The translations under genes and the position numbers were made by a program. The notes below the pieces were generated by a model that made no database searches, was not told where the DNA came from, and saw nothing but the letters and a program-made list of their open reading frames with translations. A stretch of 64,000 nucleotides of DNA from an uncultured Acidobacteriota bacterium (GTDB lineage Bacteria; Acidobacteriota; UBA6911): contig CAWHCF010000049.1 in assembly GCA_963827655.1 (NCBI GenBank), positions 1-64,000 on the forward strand, given 5' to 3'. Numbering within the stretch: position 1 is the stretch's first letter; the number at the start of each line of letters is the position of its first letter. Below, one piece after another: positions 31,189-42,256 of this stretch.

Positions 31189-33522
31189 TCACGTGTCCAT
31201 TCTGCAGTTCTCGGCGACAAGGTCGGGGCGCAGCCTTTCGAACACCGGCTCTCTAAGAGTTCCGGTGGTCGTAAACGAGGCGTAGCGAACTTCGCAGACC
31301 AGCTTCGGTTCAAGCCATACCGTGCGCGCGTCGTCCACCGGCCTGGGCTCAATCGGTCGCGGCGCCGGCGGGATTTTTTTAAGCTCAGCCCGGATGGTCC
31401 GGAACAGCCGGTCGTCAAAACCCGTCCCTACCTTCCCCAGGTAGAAAAGGCGATCCCCTTTGTAGCATGCAAGGTGGAGGGCGCCGAAATAACCATCGCG
31501 ATCACCCTTTCCCTGTGTGCTGCCGATAATGATGCATTCGGTAGTCTGGCGCGCCTTGATCTTCAGCCAGTGCGGAGTGCGCCGGCCGTGGAGATACGGA
31601 CTCTCGCGCTCTTTTGCGACAATTCCTTCGAGACCGAGCTTTTGCGCGGCTTCATACAATTGAAGGCCTTCTTCAACGGCTTCGCTCACCCGATATACGG
31701 GGTTTTCGCGAATGGCATCGGCCAGCCACTCGCGACGCCGGATCAAAGGATCGCCTACGATCGGTCGTCCATCGAGGTAGAGACAGTCAAAGACGTAGCA
31801 TACAGCCGGATGCCTCGCCTGCGCCCGCCCGATTTCGGATTCGCTCGCCGGATGCAAGCGCTGCACGGAGTGCTCGAAGACAGGTTTGCCGTTCGGGGCA
31901 AGGCAAACGATCTCGGCGTCGAACAGGGCCGAAGACGCCCTGAAGGCTTCTTCAGGTATGAGCAGTTCCGGGAACAGCCGGGTGATATCCCGCTGGCTGC
32001 GGCTGCGGATGGTTAACTGCCCTTCGTCGAGGGCGATCATGGCGCGGATGCCGTCCCACTTGACCTCGTACAGGTAGTCGGGAGAGTCGAGCGGTTCTTT
32101 CCGGCTCTGCGCCAGCATGGGTTCGATGGGGTCCCGCAACCAATCCACCTGGGGAGTGTCGACTCGTTCCAGGAGCCAGTCCTTGCTTTTTGTGTCGATC
32201 AGTCGGTATTCGGCATTGACCTCCCGGCTGCGCAGGCAGAAATAGAAGCCGTCTTTCTTGTCCTTGGTCACTTCATATTTTCCGCGCGCATAGACCCACA
32301 TCTTGCCGCCTCCGTATTGCCCCTTCGGAATTTCCCCCTCGAAATTCAAATAAGAGACCGGGTGATCCTCGACCGACACCGCGAGCCGCTTGATCCCCGG
32401 GCGAGGCGGAAGCCCCTTGGGGACAGCCCACGATTTCAGCGTGCCGTCGCGCTCGAGCCGCAGGTCGTAGTGAAGTCGCGATGCATGATGCCGGTGAATG
32501 ACAAAGGACGTGCCTTGCCCGACATTCAGTTCCGGCGGCGGTTCCGGAGTCTTGGCGAAGCTTCTCTTGCTGGCGTAAGGGGCGAGAGACGCGGGAGTTT
32601 CAGAACCGGGCTTTTGGGGTTTAACCGACCTCGTCATCCGGCGCTCGGTGTGGAGCGGGGTCGCATAAGCCCCGATCGTCTCCCAGGCATCCCCATCGCG
32701 GAGCACGTGGTCCAGTGCCGTATGGATGTTGAATTCGCGCGGATCGCGGGTCGAGCGCAGCCGTTCCCAGGCGAGCGGCATCGCCACAGAGGCCCCGGCG
32801 CGGCCGCGAACGCTGTAAGCCGACACGATGGTCTGCGAGGGACGGTTGCGGTAAATGTCGACGAGCACTTTACCCTTGCGCGCGTCTTTCCTGATCTGGA
32901 GCGTGGTCGTACTTCCGTGCGCCTCGACAAAGGGCTTGGCCAGCGCCGATGCGGTTTCGAAAATGCGCTCGAAACCCCATCTGGGCTCAATCGGCGCGAC
33001 TACGTGGACCCCTTTCCCGCCCGTGGTCTTCACGAAGGCATGGTAACCGAAGCCTTCAATGTGGCTTCTCAGTTGGAATGCAATTTCCACGATACGGCCG
33101 AAGTCGTAGTTCTCCGGAGGGTCCAGATCGAAGACTATGTAATCGGGCTTATCGAAATGAGGAGCGCGTCCGTGCATCTGGTGCAGCTCGATACACGCGA
33201 GATTTGCGAGCCAGACGAAGGAGGCCTCTTCCGTCGCCAGGATGTAGTCGATTTTTTCTTCATTCCCCAGCGGAACATACTGGATCCAGTCCGGAGCCCA
33301 GTCGGGCCTGTTCTTTTGAAAGAACGCCTCCCCTGTAACCCCGTCGGGATAACGCACGAACGAAAGCGCCCGGCCTTTAACGTGCTGCAGGATCGTCGGC
33401 GCGATCCTTAGATAGTAGTCGATGAGTTCAGCTTTGCTGATCTTGTCATCGGGGAAGAGAAGTTTGGTCAGGTTCGAGAGTTCGAGCTGTCGATTCTTGA
33501 CCAACGCCACGGTTCGAGCCAT
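31189..33522 (-). CDS. ligD: NHEJ DNA ligase D (POL-PE-LIG order)
   Basis: RYPDG, FDLDP, KTTGGKGVH; HHASRLHYDLRLE, SWAVPKG; EVKWDG, EGIVAK, WLKIK. Confidence 0.96.
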   Translation of the reverse strand: MARTVALVKNRQLELSNLTKLLFPDDKISKAELIDYYLRIAPTILQHVKGRALSFVRYPDGVTGEAFFQKNRPDWAPDWIQYVPLGNEEKIDYILATEEASFVWLANLACIELHQMHGRAPHFDKPDYIVFDLDPPENYDFGRIVEIAFQLRSHIEGFGYHAFVKTTGGKGVHVVAPIEPRWGFERIFETASALAKPFVEAHGSTTTLQIRKDARKGKVLVDIYRNRPSQTIVSAYSVRGRAGASVAMPLAWERLRSTRDPREFNIHTALDHVLRDGDAWETIGAYATPLHTERRMTRSVKPQKPGSETPASLAPYASKRSFAKTPEPPPELNVGQGTSFVIHRHHASRLHYDLRLERDGTLKSWAVPKGLPPRPGIKRLAVSVEDHPVSYLNFEGEIPKGQYGGGKMWVYARGKYEVTKDKKDGFYFCLRSREVNAEYRLIDTKSKDWLLERVDTPQVDWLRDPIEPMLAQSRKEPLDSPDYLYEVKWDGIRAMIALDEGQLTIRSRSQRDITRLFPELLIPEEAFRASSALFDAEIVCLAPNGKPVFEHSVQRLHPASESEIGRAQARHPAVCYVFDCLYLDGRPIVGDPLIRRREWLADAIRENPVYRVSEAVEEGLQLYEAAQKLGLEGIVAKERESPYLHGRRTPHWLKIKARQTTECIIIGSTQGKGDRDGYFGALHLACYKGDRLFYLGKVGTGFDDRLFRTIRAELKKIPPAPRPIEPRPVDDARTVWLEPKLVCEVRYASFTTTGTLREPVFERLRPDLVAENCRMDT

Positions 33523-33559
33523 CGACCCATTTTACACCAACGATTCCAGGCGGATCTTA

Positions 33560-33792
33560 GGGCTCGCGCAGAAATAACTTCACATTCTGGCGCGAGAGTC
33601 GGTGGTCAATCATGAACCGGTTTCTGTTAGCTAACCACGCTGAGGATCGCGCCCCTTCGGGCTGCGGCCCGCAGGCCCGCTGGCTTTGTTACTCGCTCCT
33701 CACGTACCGCGCCGGGTACGCATCGTCGCTCGCGCCTCGCCAGCGGGCCTGGGGGCCTGCAGCATAATGCGAACTTATTTCTGCGCGAACCC
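33560..33792. mobile_element. MITE-like element, 233 bp, 27-bp inverted ends, TTA flanks
   Basis: gggctcgcgcagaaataacttcacatt vs gggttcgcgcagaaataagttcgcatt (24/27); TTA at 33557-59 and 33793-95. Confidence 0.8.
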
Positions 33793-33942
33793 TTAGCGGC
33801 TTCGCAGGAGCGCGCAGGGCAAAAGCAGCGCCAAGAAACAATTGCTAAATAAATTGGAAACCGATTCGGGCATTCGACTATAATGTTGGTTCGCAAATTT
33901 AACCTGTTTTAAACAATCACAGAAAACCCTAGCACCCCCACT

Positions 33943-34512
33943 ATGGCCAGAATACGTGAATTGACGCAAAAGGATATTCCTGAAACTGTTCAAATCCTCG
34001 CTGCCAGCGAACCCGTGTTTAAAAAGGGTGAAGGGCGGGAGGATGTGCAAAAACTTCTGCAGTCCGCCATCGGACGAGGCATCATCTACGTCGCCGAGGA
34101 GGAATCCCAAGTCGCTGCGGTAGTGTACTTTATTCCAGAACCGATTTTTGCTCACGGCGGCTACGTTCGCTTCCTGGCGGTCCGCCCGGAGCTGCGCCGC
34201 CGAGGCATCGGCCGCCAGTTGATGGGATTTGTCGAACGGAAGATCTTCAGCCAGTCCTCGAACGCCTACCTGTCCGTTTCAATGTCCAACGAGTCTGCGC
34301 GCAGATTCTGCGAGAAACTGGGATATGAAAAGGTAGGCGAGGTTCCCGATTTACTGGACGACGGCGACAGGGAGTGGATTTTGAGAAAGAAGGCAAAATT
34401 GGACGCGCGCCGCTATCCCCGAAGCAGTCCGCCGCCTGATACAGAACAGGCCAGGACGTCGCCCAAGGTTCCGAGAAGTCACGCTACTTTTCCCAGGCAG
34501 ACCGAAGACTAG
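33943..34512 (+). CDS. GNAT family N-acetyltransferase
   Basis: LAVRPELRRRGIGRQLM motif A; N..A..F.EKLGY. Confidence 0.9.
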   Translation: MARIRELTQKDIPETVQILAASEPVFKKGEGREDVQKLLQSAIGRGIIYVAEEESQVAAVVYFIPEPIFAHGGYVRFLAVRPELRRRGIGRQLMGFVERKIFSQSSNAYLSVSMSNESARRFCEKLGYEKVGEVPDLLDDGDREWILRKKAKLDARRYPRSSPPPDTEQARTSPKVPRSHATFPRQTED

Positions 34513-34658
34513 CTGCGGAAAACGACGGAAACCGTTGTTCCGGAGTAATTTAAGCACCTTTTCACTTGACAGCCTCAAAGACTGATGATTAAGATGACCG
34601 CCGGTGTCTCCCCAGGGATTCCTCGTCGACTCGTCGCCGGTCGTGTCGAAGCCATCGA

Positions 34659-35087
34659 ATGAAAACACCAGCCAATAGAATTGAGATGAGTATTGGCAGT
34701 GCGTTAGAGTACCTCGATCTCGTGCAGACCCTTACCGATTGTGTCACCAGTTTCATGGGCTTTGACGAAGACACGGCTCACTGGATCGGCATGTCGGTTC
34801 GAGAATCAGTGACGAATGCAATTCAACACGGAAACAAGCTTGATCAGAGCAAGAAAGTAGATATCAGGTTTGACGTAGCGTCCGACCAGCTGGAAATATC
34901 TGTGAAAGACCAGGGGACGGGGTTCCAGGTGAATGACCTGCCGAACCCCCTCGATCCTGAGAATCTATTGAAGCCCAGCGGCCGAGGAATTTTCTATATC
35001 CGCTCCTTCATGGATGAGGTAGAGTTCCGCCCGCTTTCTCAAGGGGGTATGGAGGTTCACATGGTCAAAAAAGTGGGTTCAAACTAA
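34659..35087 (+). CDS. Anti-sigma factor Ser/Thr kinase (RsbW-like)
   Basis: [22 protein letters not shown]. Confidence 0.9.
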   Translation: MKTPANRIEMSIGSALEYLDLVQTLTDCVTSFMGFDEDTAHWIGMSVRESVTNAIQHGNKLDQSKKVDIRFDVASDQLEISVKDQGTGFQVNDLPNPLDPENLLKPSGRGIFYIRSFMDEVEFRPLSQGGMEVHMVKKVGSN

Positions 35088-35097
35088 GGAGAGAAAA

Positions 35098-35434
35098 ATG
35101 AAGATTGAAAATCGCACGGTAGGCGACGTTCACATTCTGGATTGTAGCGGAAAGATCATGCTGGGCGAAGGAACGATGGCGGTTCGAAACAGCGTTCGCG
35201 AGCTGCTGAAGAATGGCGGCAAGAAGATCATCTTGAACCTGGGCGACGTGAACTATATCGACAGCTCGGGTATCGGGGAACTGGTGAGCAGCTTCACGAC
35301 GGTAACAAATCAAGGCGGGCAGTTGAAGCTTCTCCATCTGACGAAGAAGATTCAGGAGCTTCTGGCCATTACCAAACTTCTGACGGTATTCTCGGTCTAC
35401 GACAGACGAAAAAGCCGCGCTTGCGAGTTTTTAG
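35098..35434 (+). CDS. STAS anti-sigma factor antagonist (RsbV-like); extra base about 35404 falsely extends ORF
   Basis: [11 protein letters not shown]; removing one base gives ...[12 protein letters not shown]. Confidence 0.9.
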
Positions 35435-36786
35435 CGGAAGAGCCGCTCGAAATCGACAATCTTGGACAGATCGTTGAAGACCACGAAACCCATCAGGAGA
35501 ATCAGAAAAACAAAGCCAACCTGAACCAGTTTCTCTTTAAACGCAAGGCTGAGTTCGCGCCTGAGGAGGCCCTCAACGACAAGCAGGGCTATAACCCCAC
35601 CGTCGAGAATCGGGATGGGAAGGAGATTGAATACGCCCAGGTTAAGGCTGATCAGCCCCAGGAAGCTGAAGAAGAACTGCGGATCGCCGGTGCGCGCCGC
35701 GCTCCCCGAGAGTCGTGCTATCTCGAGGGGTCCCGAGATAGTTCGAACCGACGCTGATCCCGTGAATATTCGCCCTATGATCTTGAAGGTAAGGATCGCC
35801 ACCTCGTAGTTGCGCCTGGCCGATCGCACGAGGGCCTGTCCCAATCCGTACTTTTCAAAATCCACCGGAACCTCCGGGAAGAACCCGATCGAAACCCGTC
35901 CGTTTGACTCCGTGGGTGTAATGGTGAGCTGGAGAATTTCCTGCGGTTTTGGGTCCGAGACGTTGGCCGATCCGGATCGCCGAACCTCGAAGGTCAGCGG
36001 AATGCCTTTACTCTCGGTGATTATGTTGAGCACCTCGTCGTAGGTCCGGCCGCTCCTCCCGGGTCCCTGAACCGAGAGGATTTCGTCCCGGTCCTTGAGG
36101 CCGGCTTTATCGGCCGGTGATTTTGGCTCCACTCTGTCGACACGGATCTGTGGAATTCGAAACCTGAACCCGAGCGACTCCGGGTCCACGGTTTGGACCG
36201 GCGGAGAATCAAGGCGGAGACGCACCCTCTCTCTGTTTCGTTCGACCTCCAGGTCGATCGGGCCTTTCGGCGCGGTTCCCAGCGCTATTTCCATTTCTTC
36301 CCACGTGCGGACCGGATTGCCGCCGACCGTGACGATAAAGTCGCCTGATTTCAGGCCGCCTCGACGCGCGATTGAATTCTCGGCCACAGGGCCCACGACC
36401 GGCGGCTCCTTGACGTGCCGCGGCACTGGCACCCCTTCCATGTAGCTGAATGTGAGGATCGCCACGGCCAGCGCGATATTCATGAAAGGTCCCGCAAGCG
36501 CCACCAGCAAGCGGTGCCACTTGGGATGAGATAAAAACTCGTCCGGCTGGTTCTGCCGGTCCTCATCAAACGTCTCCCCCGCCATCTTTACGTACCCGCC
36601 CAGGGGCAAAGCGCAAACCCGGTAATCAGTACCCCCTCTGGTGAATCCGAAGAGACGCGGGCCGAACCCCAGCGAGAAAACCAGGACCCTGATCTTGAAG
36701 AGCTTGGCCACGGCGAAGTGGCCAAACTCGTGAATTGTGATACATACGCCGAGTACGACTATGAATGCCAGAAGGGTAAAAAGCAT
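35431..36786 (-). CDS. rseP: RIP metalloprotease RseP
   Basis: [13 protein letters not shown], two PDZ domains, [11 protein letters not shown]; next to dxr. Confidence 0.95.
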   Translation of the reverse strand: MLFTLLAFIVVLGVCITIHEFGHFAVAKLFKIRVLVFSLGFGPRLFGFTRGGTDYRVCALPLGGYVKMAGETFDEDRQNQPDEFLSHPKWHRLLVALAGPFMNIALAVAILTFSYMEGVPVPRHVKEPPVVGPVAENSIARRGGLKSGDFIVTVGGNPVRTWEEMEIALGTAPKGPIDLEVERNRERVRLRLDSPPVQTVDPESLGFRFRIPQIRVDRVEPKSPADKAGLKDRDEILSVQGPGRSGRTYDEVLNIITESKGIPLTFEVRRSGSANVSDPKPQEILQLTITPTESNGRVSIGFFPEVPVDFEKYGLGQALVRSARRNYEVAILTFKIIGRIFTGSASVRTISGPLEIARLSGSAARTGDPQFFFSFLGLISLNLGVFNLLPIPILDGGVIALLVVEGLLRRELSLAFKEKLVQVGFVFLILLMGFVVFNDLSKIVDFERLFR

Positions 36787-36817
36787 GACCGAAGCTTCCT
36801 CTGAGAGCCCCTCGCAA

Positions 36818-38020
36818 CTATACGGAGAGGGACGATTGATCAAGGCTCGATTCGCAGCGAGGGGTGAACTTACCCGCCTCCTCGCGCGCCCAGGAGTCGG
36901 CTGCGAGCACCGACTCCAGCGTGGAAGCCTCCTCGGGAGAGTGGGCATCCAAGACCGACTCGATTATTTTGGGGATCTGGTGAAAGGCGACGCCGTCGTT
37001 CAAGAATGAGTCTACGGCAACCTCGTTTGCCGCATTCAGCACGGCCGGCGCGGTTCCGCCCGATCGCAAGGCTCGATACGCAAGGCTCAGACAATGAAAC
37101 TTTTCCCGATCGGGTTCGTAGAACTCCAGTTTCGACATCTGGCGCAGATCGAGCGAAGGCAACGAGCAAGCCCAACGGTCGGGATAGGTCAGCGCATATT
37201 GAATCGCAATGCGCATATCGGTCAAACCGAGCTGAGCCAGGACCGAGCCATCGACGAACTCCACCATGGAGTGGACGATACTCTGCGGGTGTATGGCAAC
37301 GTCGACCTCATCCGGCGAAACCCCGAACAAGAAACCGGCTTCGATCACTTCGAGACCTTTGTTCATCAGAGTCGCCGAATCGATCGTAATCTTCTTTCCC
37401 ATGCGCCACGTGGGATGATTCAACGCTTCGGCCCGAGTCACCGTCGACAACTTCTCCTTGGGTGTTTCGCGAAAGGGGCCTCCGGAAGCCGTTAAAATAA
37501 GGCGGCGCACTTCCTTTCGCCGTCCTCCCCGCAAGCACTGATGGATCGCGCTGTGCTCGCTATCGACGGGGAGAATCTCCGCCCCCTTTTCACGCGCCTT
37601 TCGCATCATGAGCTCGCCCGCCATCACAAGCGTTTCTTTATTGGCCAGGGCAATGTCCTTCCCGGCTTCCAGCGCCCGATAGGTGGGGATTAGCCCGGCA
37701 GCGCCCGTGATGGCCGCAATTACGAGGCCGGCTTCAGGGTGACAGGAAACCTCCGTGTGCCCATCGATTCCATGGACAAAGCGAGTCCGCGACAGACAGT
37801 AGCCGCGATCGCCAAGCACCGACTGCAGCTCACGGCACGCGGCCTCGGTCCCGCTAGAGACGATTTCCGGCTGGACCCGTTCGACCTGGGCCGCCAGGAG
37901 GGCGACGTTTTTACCTCCCGCCAGGCCCACGACTCGAAAAGCATCCTGAAAGCTGGAGATGACCGAAAGGGAACTGGTCCCGATAGATCCTGTCGATCCC
38001 AGAAGGGAAATAACTTTCAT
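36818..38020 (-). CDS. dxr: 1-deoxy-D-xylulose-5-phosphate reductoisomerase
   Basis: LGSTGSIG, LANKE, PVDSEH, MG.KITIDSATLMNKGLE. Confidence 0.97.
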   Translation of the reverse strand: MKVISLLGSTGSIGTSSLSVISSFQDAFRVVGLAGGKNVALLAAQVERVQPEIVSSGTEAACRELQSVLGDRGYCLSRTRFVHGIDGHTEVSCHPEAGLVIAAITGAAGLIPTYRALEAGKDIALANKETLVMAGELMMRKAREKGAEILPVDSEHSAIHQCLRGGRRKEVRRLILTASGGPFRETPKEKLSTVTRAEALNHPTWRMGKKITIDSATLMNKGLEVIEAGFLFGVSPDEVDVAIHPQSIVHSMVEFVDGSVLAQLGLTDMRIAIQYALTYPDRWACSLPSLDLRQMSKLEFYEPDREKFHCLSLAYRALRSGGTAPAVLNAANEVAVDSFLNDGVAFHQIPKIIESVLDAHSPEEASTLESVLAADSWAREEAGKFTPRCESSLDQSSLSV

Positions 38021-38085
38021 CGCAAGTCCTACCATCGACGCTAGAAAGAGCATTCTATCGGATCCTATGTCACGGCGCCATACAC

Positions 38086-38199
38086 GATTGACGATTTACG
38101 ATTTACGATTGACGATTGGATGATCTGGCAACTGACGAGAGGACGCGGGTTCAATCGTCAATCGTCAATCGTCAATCGTAAATCGTCAATCGTCAATCG
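38086..38199. repeat. Inverted pair of heptamer tandem arrays (CGATTGA)n ... (TCAATCG)n
   Basis: 38086-38118 and 38151-38199 are complementary. Confidence 0.9.
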
Positions 38200-38996
38200 T
38201 AGAGTCGGAGGAGATAAATGTAGAGTACGGGAATGGCAAAAAGAAGGCTGTCGATGCGGTCCAGCATTCCACCGTGACCGGGTAACAGGCTGGAGCTGTC
38301 CTTGACGTCGGCTGCCCGTTTGAGCAGGGATTCCCCGAGATCGCCGAGCTGCCCTACCATTCCCAGCAGCAGCGAGAGCATGATCACGTGATACAGGGGT
38401 AGTTCCATAAAGAAGAAGCGTTGCAACAAGACCGCTGCGGCCAATCCTGAGAGAAGGCCCGCGACAGCGCCCTCGTTAGTCTTTTTCGGACTGAGGCCGG
38501 GAGCAAACAGCGTTCGGCCGAAACTTCTCCCGGCCAGTAAAGCCGACGTGTCTCCCACCCAGATGACCGCGAGTAGAAGCAAGATCCAATGAAGACCTGT
38601 TTTCTCTCCGAAATCGTATCGTAAAGGCATGACCGGATAAAGGCACAGGGCCAGGTAGAGGACGCCGAAGAGGTTCGCCATCATGCCAATTACGCGTTCC
38701 CTCATCGGATCCCGGCGCCACATCGCTGTGATGAAACACGCCAGCACGACGGCGGCGAGAATCGCGGCGGCCGAAAGGTACCTCTCCTGCAATCCCACCA
38801 GGATGGACCAAAAAGCCACAAAGCCAAACCAGGGTTGCCCTCGTAGTCCGATCTTGTCGATCAGGTGGAAGTATTCACGCAGGGAAAGCGTGCCGACTAT
38901 TCCGATGGTGATCAGGAGAACGCGGGGCGGAGCAAAAAACAGCAGAGCGAGAACGCCGGGAATCAGGACCAGAGCTGATGCGATCCGTACCAGCAT
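38193..38996 (-). CDS. cdsA: Phosphatidate cytidylyltransferase
   Basis: SPKKT.EG, GDL.ES.LKR...VKDS...PGHGG.LDR.D. Confidence 0.95.
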   Translation of the reverse strand: MLVRIASALVLIPGVLALLFFAPPRVLLITIGIVGTLSLREYFHLIDKIGLRGQPWFGFVAFWSILVGLQERYLSAAAILAAVVLACFITAMWRRDPMRERVIGMMANLFGVLYLALCLYPVMPLRYDFGEKTGLHWILLLLAVIWVGDTSALLAGRSFGRTLFAPGLSPKKTNEGAVAGLLSGLAAAVLLQRFFFMELPLYHVIMLSLLLGMVGQLGDLGESLLKRAADVKDSSSLLPGHGGMLDRIDSLLFAIPVLYIYLLRLYD

Positions 38997-39141
38997 GAGC
39001 GATCCCTTCGCGTGCGCCGTATCAGGCACCGCAGCGTCCAGCCATTTATCGGCGAAGGATTTGAGGTTTCACCGGGCCCTGATCCGATCACGGATCGCGC
39101 GCGGTCTACCGAGCGTAAGGCGGACATTCCGCGCAAGGGAC

Positions 39142-39906
39142 CTAGATGCCGCCGTAACGCCGCTCTCGTTTCTGATACTCTACGATAGCCTCGAACAGGT
39201 GCCGGCGGCGAAAATCGGGCCAGTAGGTCTGGGTTATGTAGATTTCAGAATAAGCGATTTGCCAGAGGAGAAAGTTACTTATGCGCATCTCGCCGCTGGT
39301 GCGAATCAGAAGGTCGGGATCCGCGATTCCCGATGTATAGAGAAAGCGCGAGACGTCTTCTTCGCGGATCGGCGTTCGATGGCCGTTGTGGCCCAGGGCG
39401 TCGTAAATCTTGTTAAAGGTATCAACCAGTTCCGCGCGTCCGCCGTAGTTCAACGCAACATTGAGCACCATGCCCGTGTTCAGGCTGGTTTTTTGAATTG
39501 CCCGGTCAAGCTCGCGGCGAACCGATGCGTCCAGTTCCTGAGTTCGGCCGATGGTCTGAAATCGAATATTGTTCTTGTGAATATTCTTGAGCTCGCGTCT
39601 CACGTACTCTTTAAGCAGACGCATGAGCGTGCGCACTTCGGACTGGGGCCGTTTCCAGTTTTCCACTGAAAACGCGAAAAGGGTGAGGACACCCAGGCCC
39701 AGGTGCGCCGATGTCTCCACGATCTCGCGCACGGATCCGATGCCGGCCCGATGGCCCGCGACCCGAGGCAAGTTGCGCTCGCCGGCCCAACGGCCGTTGC
39801 CATCCATGATAACGGCGATGTGTTTGGGAAGTCGGGTGAGATCGATTGTTTTCAGCAGGCTGGCTTCGAGAGATCCCTTCCTTGCCAGGCCTTCCAAGTC
39901 AGCCAT
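39142..39906 (-). CDS. uppS: Undecaprenyl diphosphate synthase
   Basis: IMDGNGRWA, FS.ENWKRP, RTSGE.RISNFLLWQ. Confidence 0.97.
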   Translation of the reverse strand: MADLEGLARKGSLEASLLKTIDLTRLPKHIAVIMDGNGRWAGERNLPRVAGHRAGIGSVREIVETSAHLGLGVLTLFAFSVENWKRPQSEVRTLMRLLKEYVRRELKNIHKNNIRFQTIGRTQELDASVRRELDRAIQKTSLNTGMVLNVALNYGGRAELVDTFNKIYDALGHNGHRTPIREEDVSRFLYTSGIADPDLLIRTSGEMRISNFLLWQIAYSEIYITQTYWPDFRRRHLFEAIVEYQKRERRYGGI

Positions 39907-40051
39907 ATATAGAAAGCCTTTCCCGCTCGCGAAAAAGGCAAATGTAGCACATCCAAGGCGCAGAGGCGGCAAGGATTCTTGGTGTTTCTTCCTGTTCTTT
40001 GAGTCTTAGTGGTATTTGTTCAACAGCTCTAACCACGAAGACACGAAGACG

Positions 40052-40831
40052 CTAAGGCGATCTGTACCGCACTCTCAGCAGGACTAGCCCATGGGCCGGA
40101 ACGGTGAATCCGGCAGTTCCGCGATTCTTTCCCTCCAGCAGTCCGTGCACTTGCTCTAACGTTCTACGACCGCGTCCGACCTCCAATAGTGTACCGACCA
40201 GGCGCCGCACCATATGGTGAAGAAATCCGTCGGCTTCGACGGTGAAAAACATCAAACTCCTTTGAGCGCTCAGTTCAGCCTTGAATACGTGCCGCACCGT
40301 GTCCTCGGCGCCTCTGGATGCCGGTTGGGCATCGATCAAGCGTTTGGCCTTGCCGAAGCTGGCGAAATCGTGCGTGCCCTCAAAAATCTTTGCAGCACGA
40401 GTCATGCTTTGCAGGTTGACAGGATAGGGATAGTGGAAATGCTCGCGAGCGAGGTGCGGAGGCATGACCGGGCCGCGATAGATTTGATAACGGTATATCT
40501 TGGAGCGGGCAGAATGCTGAGCATGAAAACTGAGTGGAACCTCACGGACCGACAGGACTCGTATATCGGTGGGCAGGACACTATTCAAAGCCTTCGCCAG
40601 ACTGGACGTCGGTATCCTCGAGGATGTGACGAAATTCGCAACCAGCGCCCGGGCATGAGTTCCCGCGTCGGTGCGGCCGCTGCCTACCGGATTGACTCTC
40701 TCGCCGGTGATGGTTTGAATCGCATTCCGCACGATCCCCTGGATGCTGACGTGATTCTTTTGGATCTGCCAGCCATGGTAAGCGGAGCCGTCAAAGGCGA
40801 GCGTCAAACGAATGTTTCTGGCGGGTTTCAT
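40052..40831 (-). CDS. truA: tRNA pseudouridine(38-40) synthase
   Basis: DGS.YHGWQ, GRTDAG.HA, FL.HMVR..VG. Confidence 0.95.
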   Translation of the reverse strand: MKPARNIRLTLAFDGSAYHGWQIQKNHVSIQGIVRNAIQTITGERVNPVGSGRTDAGTHARALVANFVTSSRIPTSSLAKALNSVLPTDIRVLSVREVPLSFHAQHSARSKIYRYQIYRGPVMPPHLAREHFHYPYPVNLQSMTRAAKIFEGTHDFASFGKAKRLIDAQPASRGAEDTVRHVFKAELSAQRSLMFFTVEADGFLHHMVRRLVGTLLEVGRGRRTLEQVHGLLEGKNRGTAGFTVPAHGLVLLRVRYRSP

Positions 40832-41400
40832 CGACTACCGGGCTTGATTGCTATACTCCCGGCCTGACACAGCGGGCAGCTATCGGCGGGAAAGACCGGA
40901 ACCTCCAGTACCGCGAGCGCCCTCGAGGGCACTCCCGTCATGGCCTTGCCTCCGCTGCGATCGATCAGAGCCCCGGTGGCCAGCACGATCCCTCCCGCTC
41001 GATTCACAACTTGCATCGTTTCTCGGGTGGACCCGCCTGTCGTCACCACATCCTCGACCACAAAACAACGTTCCCCCGGTTGGACCTGAAACCCGCGCCG
41101 GAGCATGAGGGTCCCTCCCTCACGCTCGGCGAAGAGCGCCCTGATCCGCAGGGCCCGAGCGACTTCATGAGCCACGACGACTCCGCCGAGAGCCGGCGCA
41201 ACGACCAGGTCAGGAGGAGGGGCCAATTCCAGCAGCTCCGCGGCTAACGCGCTGCCTAGTGCTGCAGCCTGGTCGGGGTATTGGAGCACGAGCGCGCACT
41301 GAAGATAGCGATCGCTGTGAAGACCGGAGGATAGTCGGAAATGACCTTCCAGCAGCGCGCCGGCCTGCTTGAAAATCTCGAGGACCTGCTTCTGATTCAA
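40828..41400 (-). CDS. pyrE: Orotate phosphoribosyltransferase
   Basis: GHF.LSSG.HS, VVEDVVTTGGS, KPGSR. Confidence 0.95.
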   Translation of the reverse strand: MNQKQVLEIFKQAGALLEGHFRLSSGLHSDRYLQCALVLQYPDQAAALGSALAAELLELAPPPDLVVAPALGGVVVAHEVARALRIRALFAEREGGTLMLRRGFQVQPGERCFVVEDVVTTGGSTRETMQVVNRAGGIVLATGALIDRSGGKAMTGVPSRALAVLEVPVFPADSCPLCQAGSIAIKPGSR

Positions 41401-41509
41401 GTTGAGTTGACCTCGAAAACGAACCGTCCGACGCGGAGAAGCAAGGACCGTTGTCTAGCCCCGCATTCGGATGCTACAATAAGGGGCTTTTTCCCGATAG
41501 GAGTATCTT

Positions 41510-42256
41510 ATGTCAGGCCATTCAAAGTGGCATTCAATCAAGCACAAGAAGGCCGCAACCGATGCCAAGCGCGGGCGAATTTTCACCCGCCTGATCAAGG
41601 AAATGACCGTTGCCGCCCGGAGTGGAGGCGGCGACCTCGACTCCAACCCGAGACTGCGCCTCGCGGTGAATACCGCCAAAGCGAACAACATGCCGGCCGA
41701 TAACATCAAGCGCGCGATCATGCGCGGCACCGGCGAACTCCCTGGCGTTACCTATGAAGAGACGCAATACGAAGGATATGGTCCGGGAGGGGTGGCGCTT
41801 TTCATGCGGGTGTTGACCGACAACCGCAACCGGACCGTAGCCGAGATCCGCCACATCCTGTCCAAGCATAGCGGGAACCTGGGAGAAAGCGGCTGCGTGT
41901 CCTGGATGTTCGAGAAGAAGGGCTACTTCGTGGTTGACAAAGCGGCTGCCGACGAAGACAAACTGCTGGAAATTGTTCTCAGCGCGGGCGCAGAGGACAT
42001 GCAGGAGGACGAAGATAATTTTGAGATCTTCTCATCGCCCGAGGCTTTCGATGGAGTGAAATCGGCGCTCGAATCAGCCGGCATTGCGACCGCGGCCGCG
42101 GAGATCTCAATGGTTCCGCAGAATTATGTGAAGCTGGAAGGCAAGGACGCTCAGACCATGCTCAAGCTCATGGAAACGCTCGAAGACCAGGAAGACGTCC
42201 AGAACGTCTGGGCCAACTTCGATATAGGTGCGGCGGAGTTCAAGGAAGCTTCCTGA
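41510..42256 (+). CDS. yebC: YebC/PmpR family protein
   Basis: [22 protein letters not shown]. Confidence 0.96.
   Translation: MSGHSKWHSIKHKKAATDAKRGRIFTRLIKEMTVAARSGGGDLDSNPRLRLAVNTAKANNMPADNIKRAIMRGTGELPGVTYEETQYEGYGPGGVALFMRVLTDNRNRTVAEIRHILSKHSGNLGESGCVSWMFEKKGYFVVDKAAADEDKLLEIVLSAGAEDMQEDEDNFEIFSSPEAFDGVKSALESAGIATAAAEISMVPQNYVKLEGKDAQTMLKLMETLEDQEDVQNVWANFDIGAAEFKEAS

Noticed and set aside
35435-35757. C-terminal extension of STAS protein
   Set aside because: Caused by one extra base; overlaps rseP antisense.
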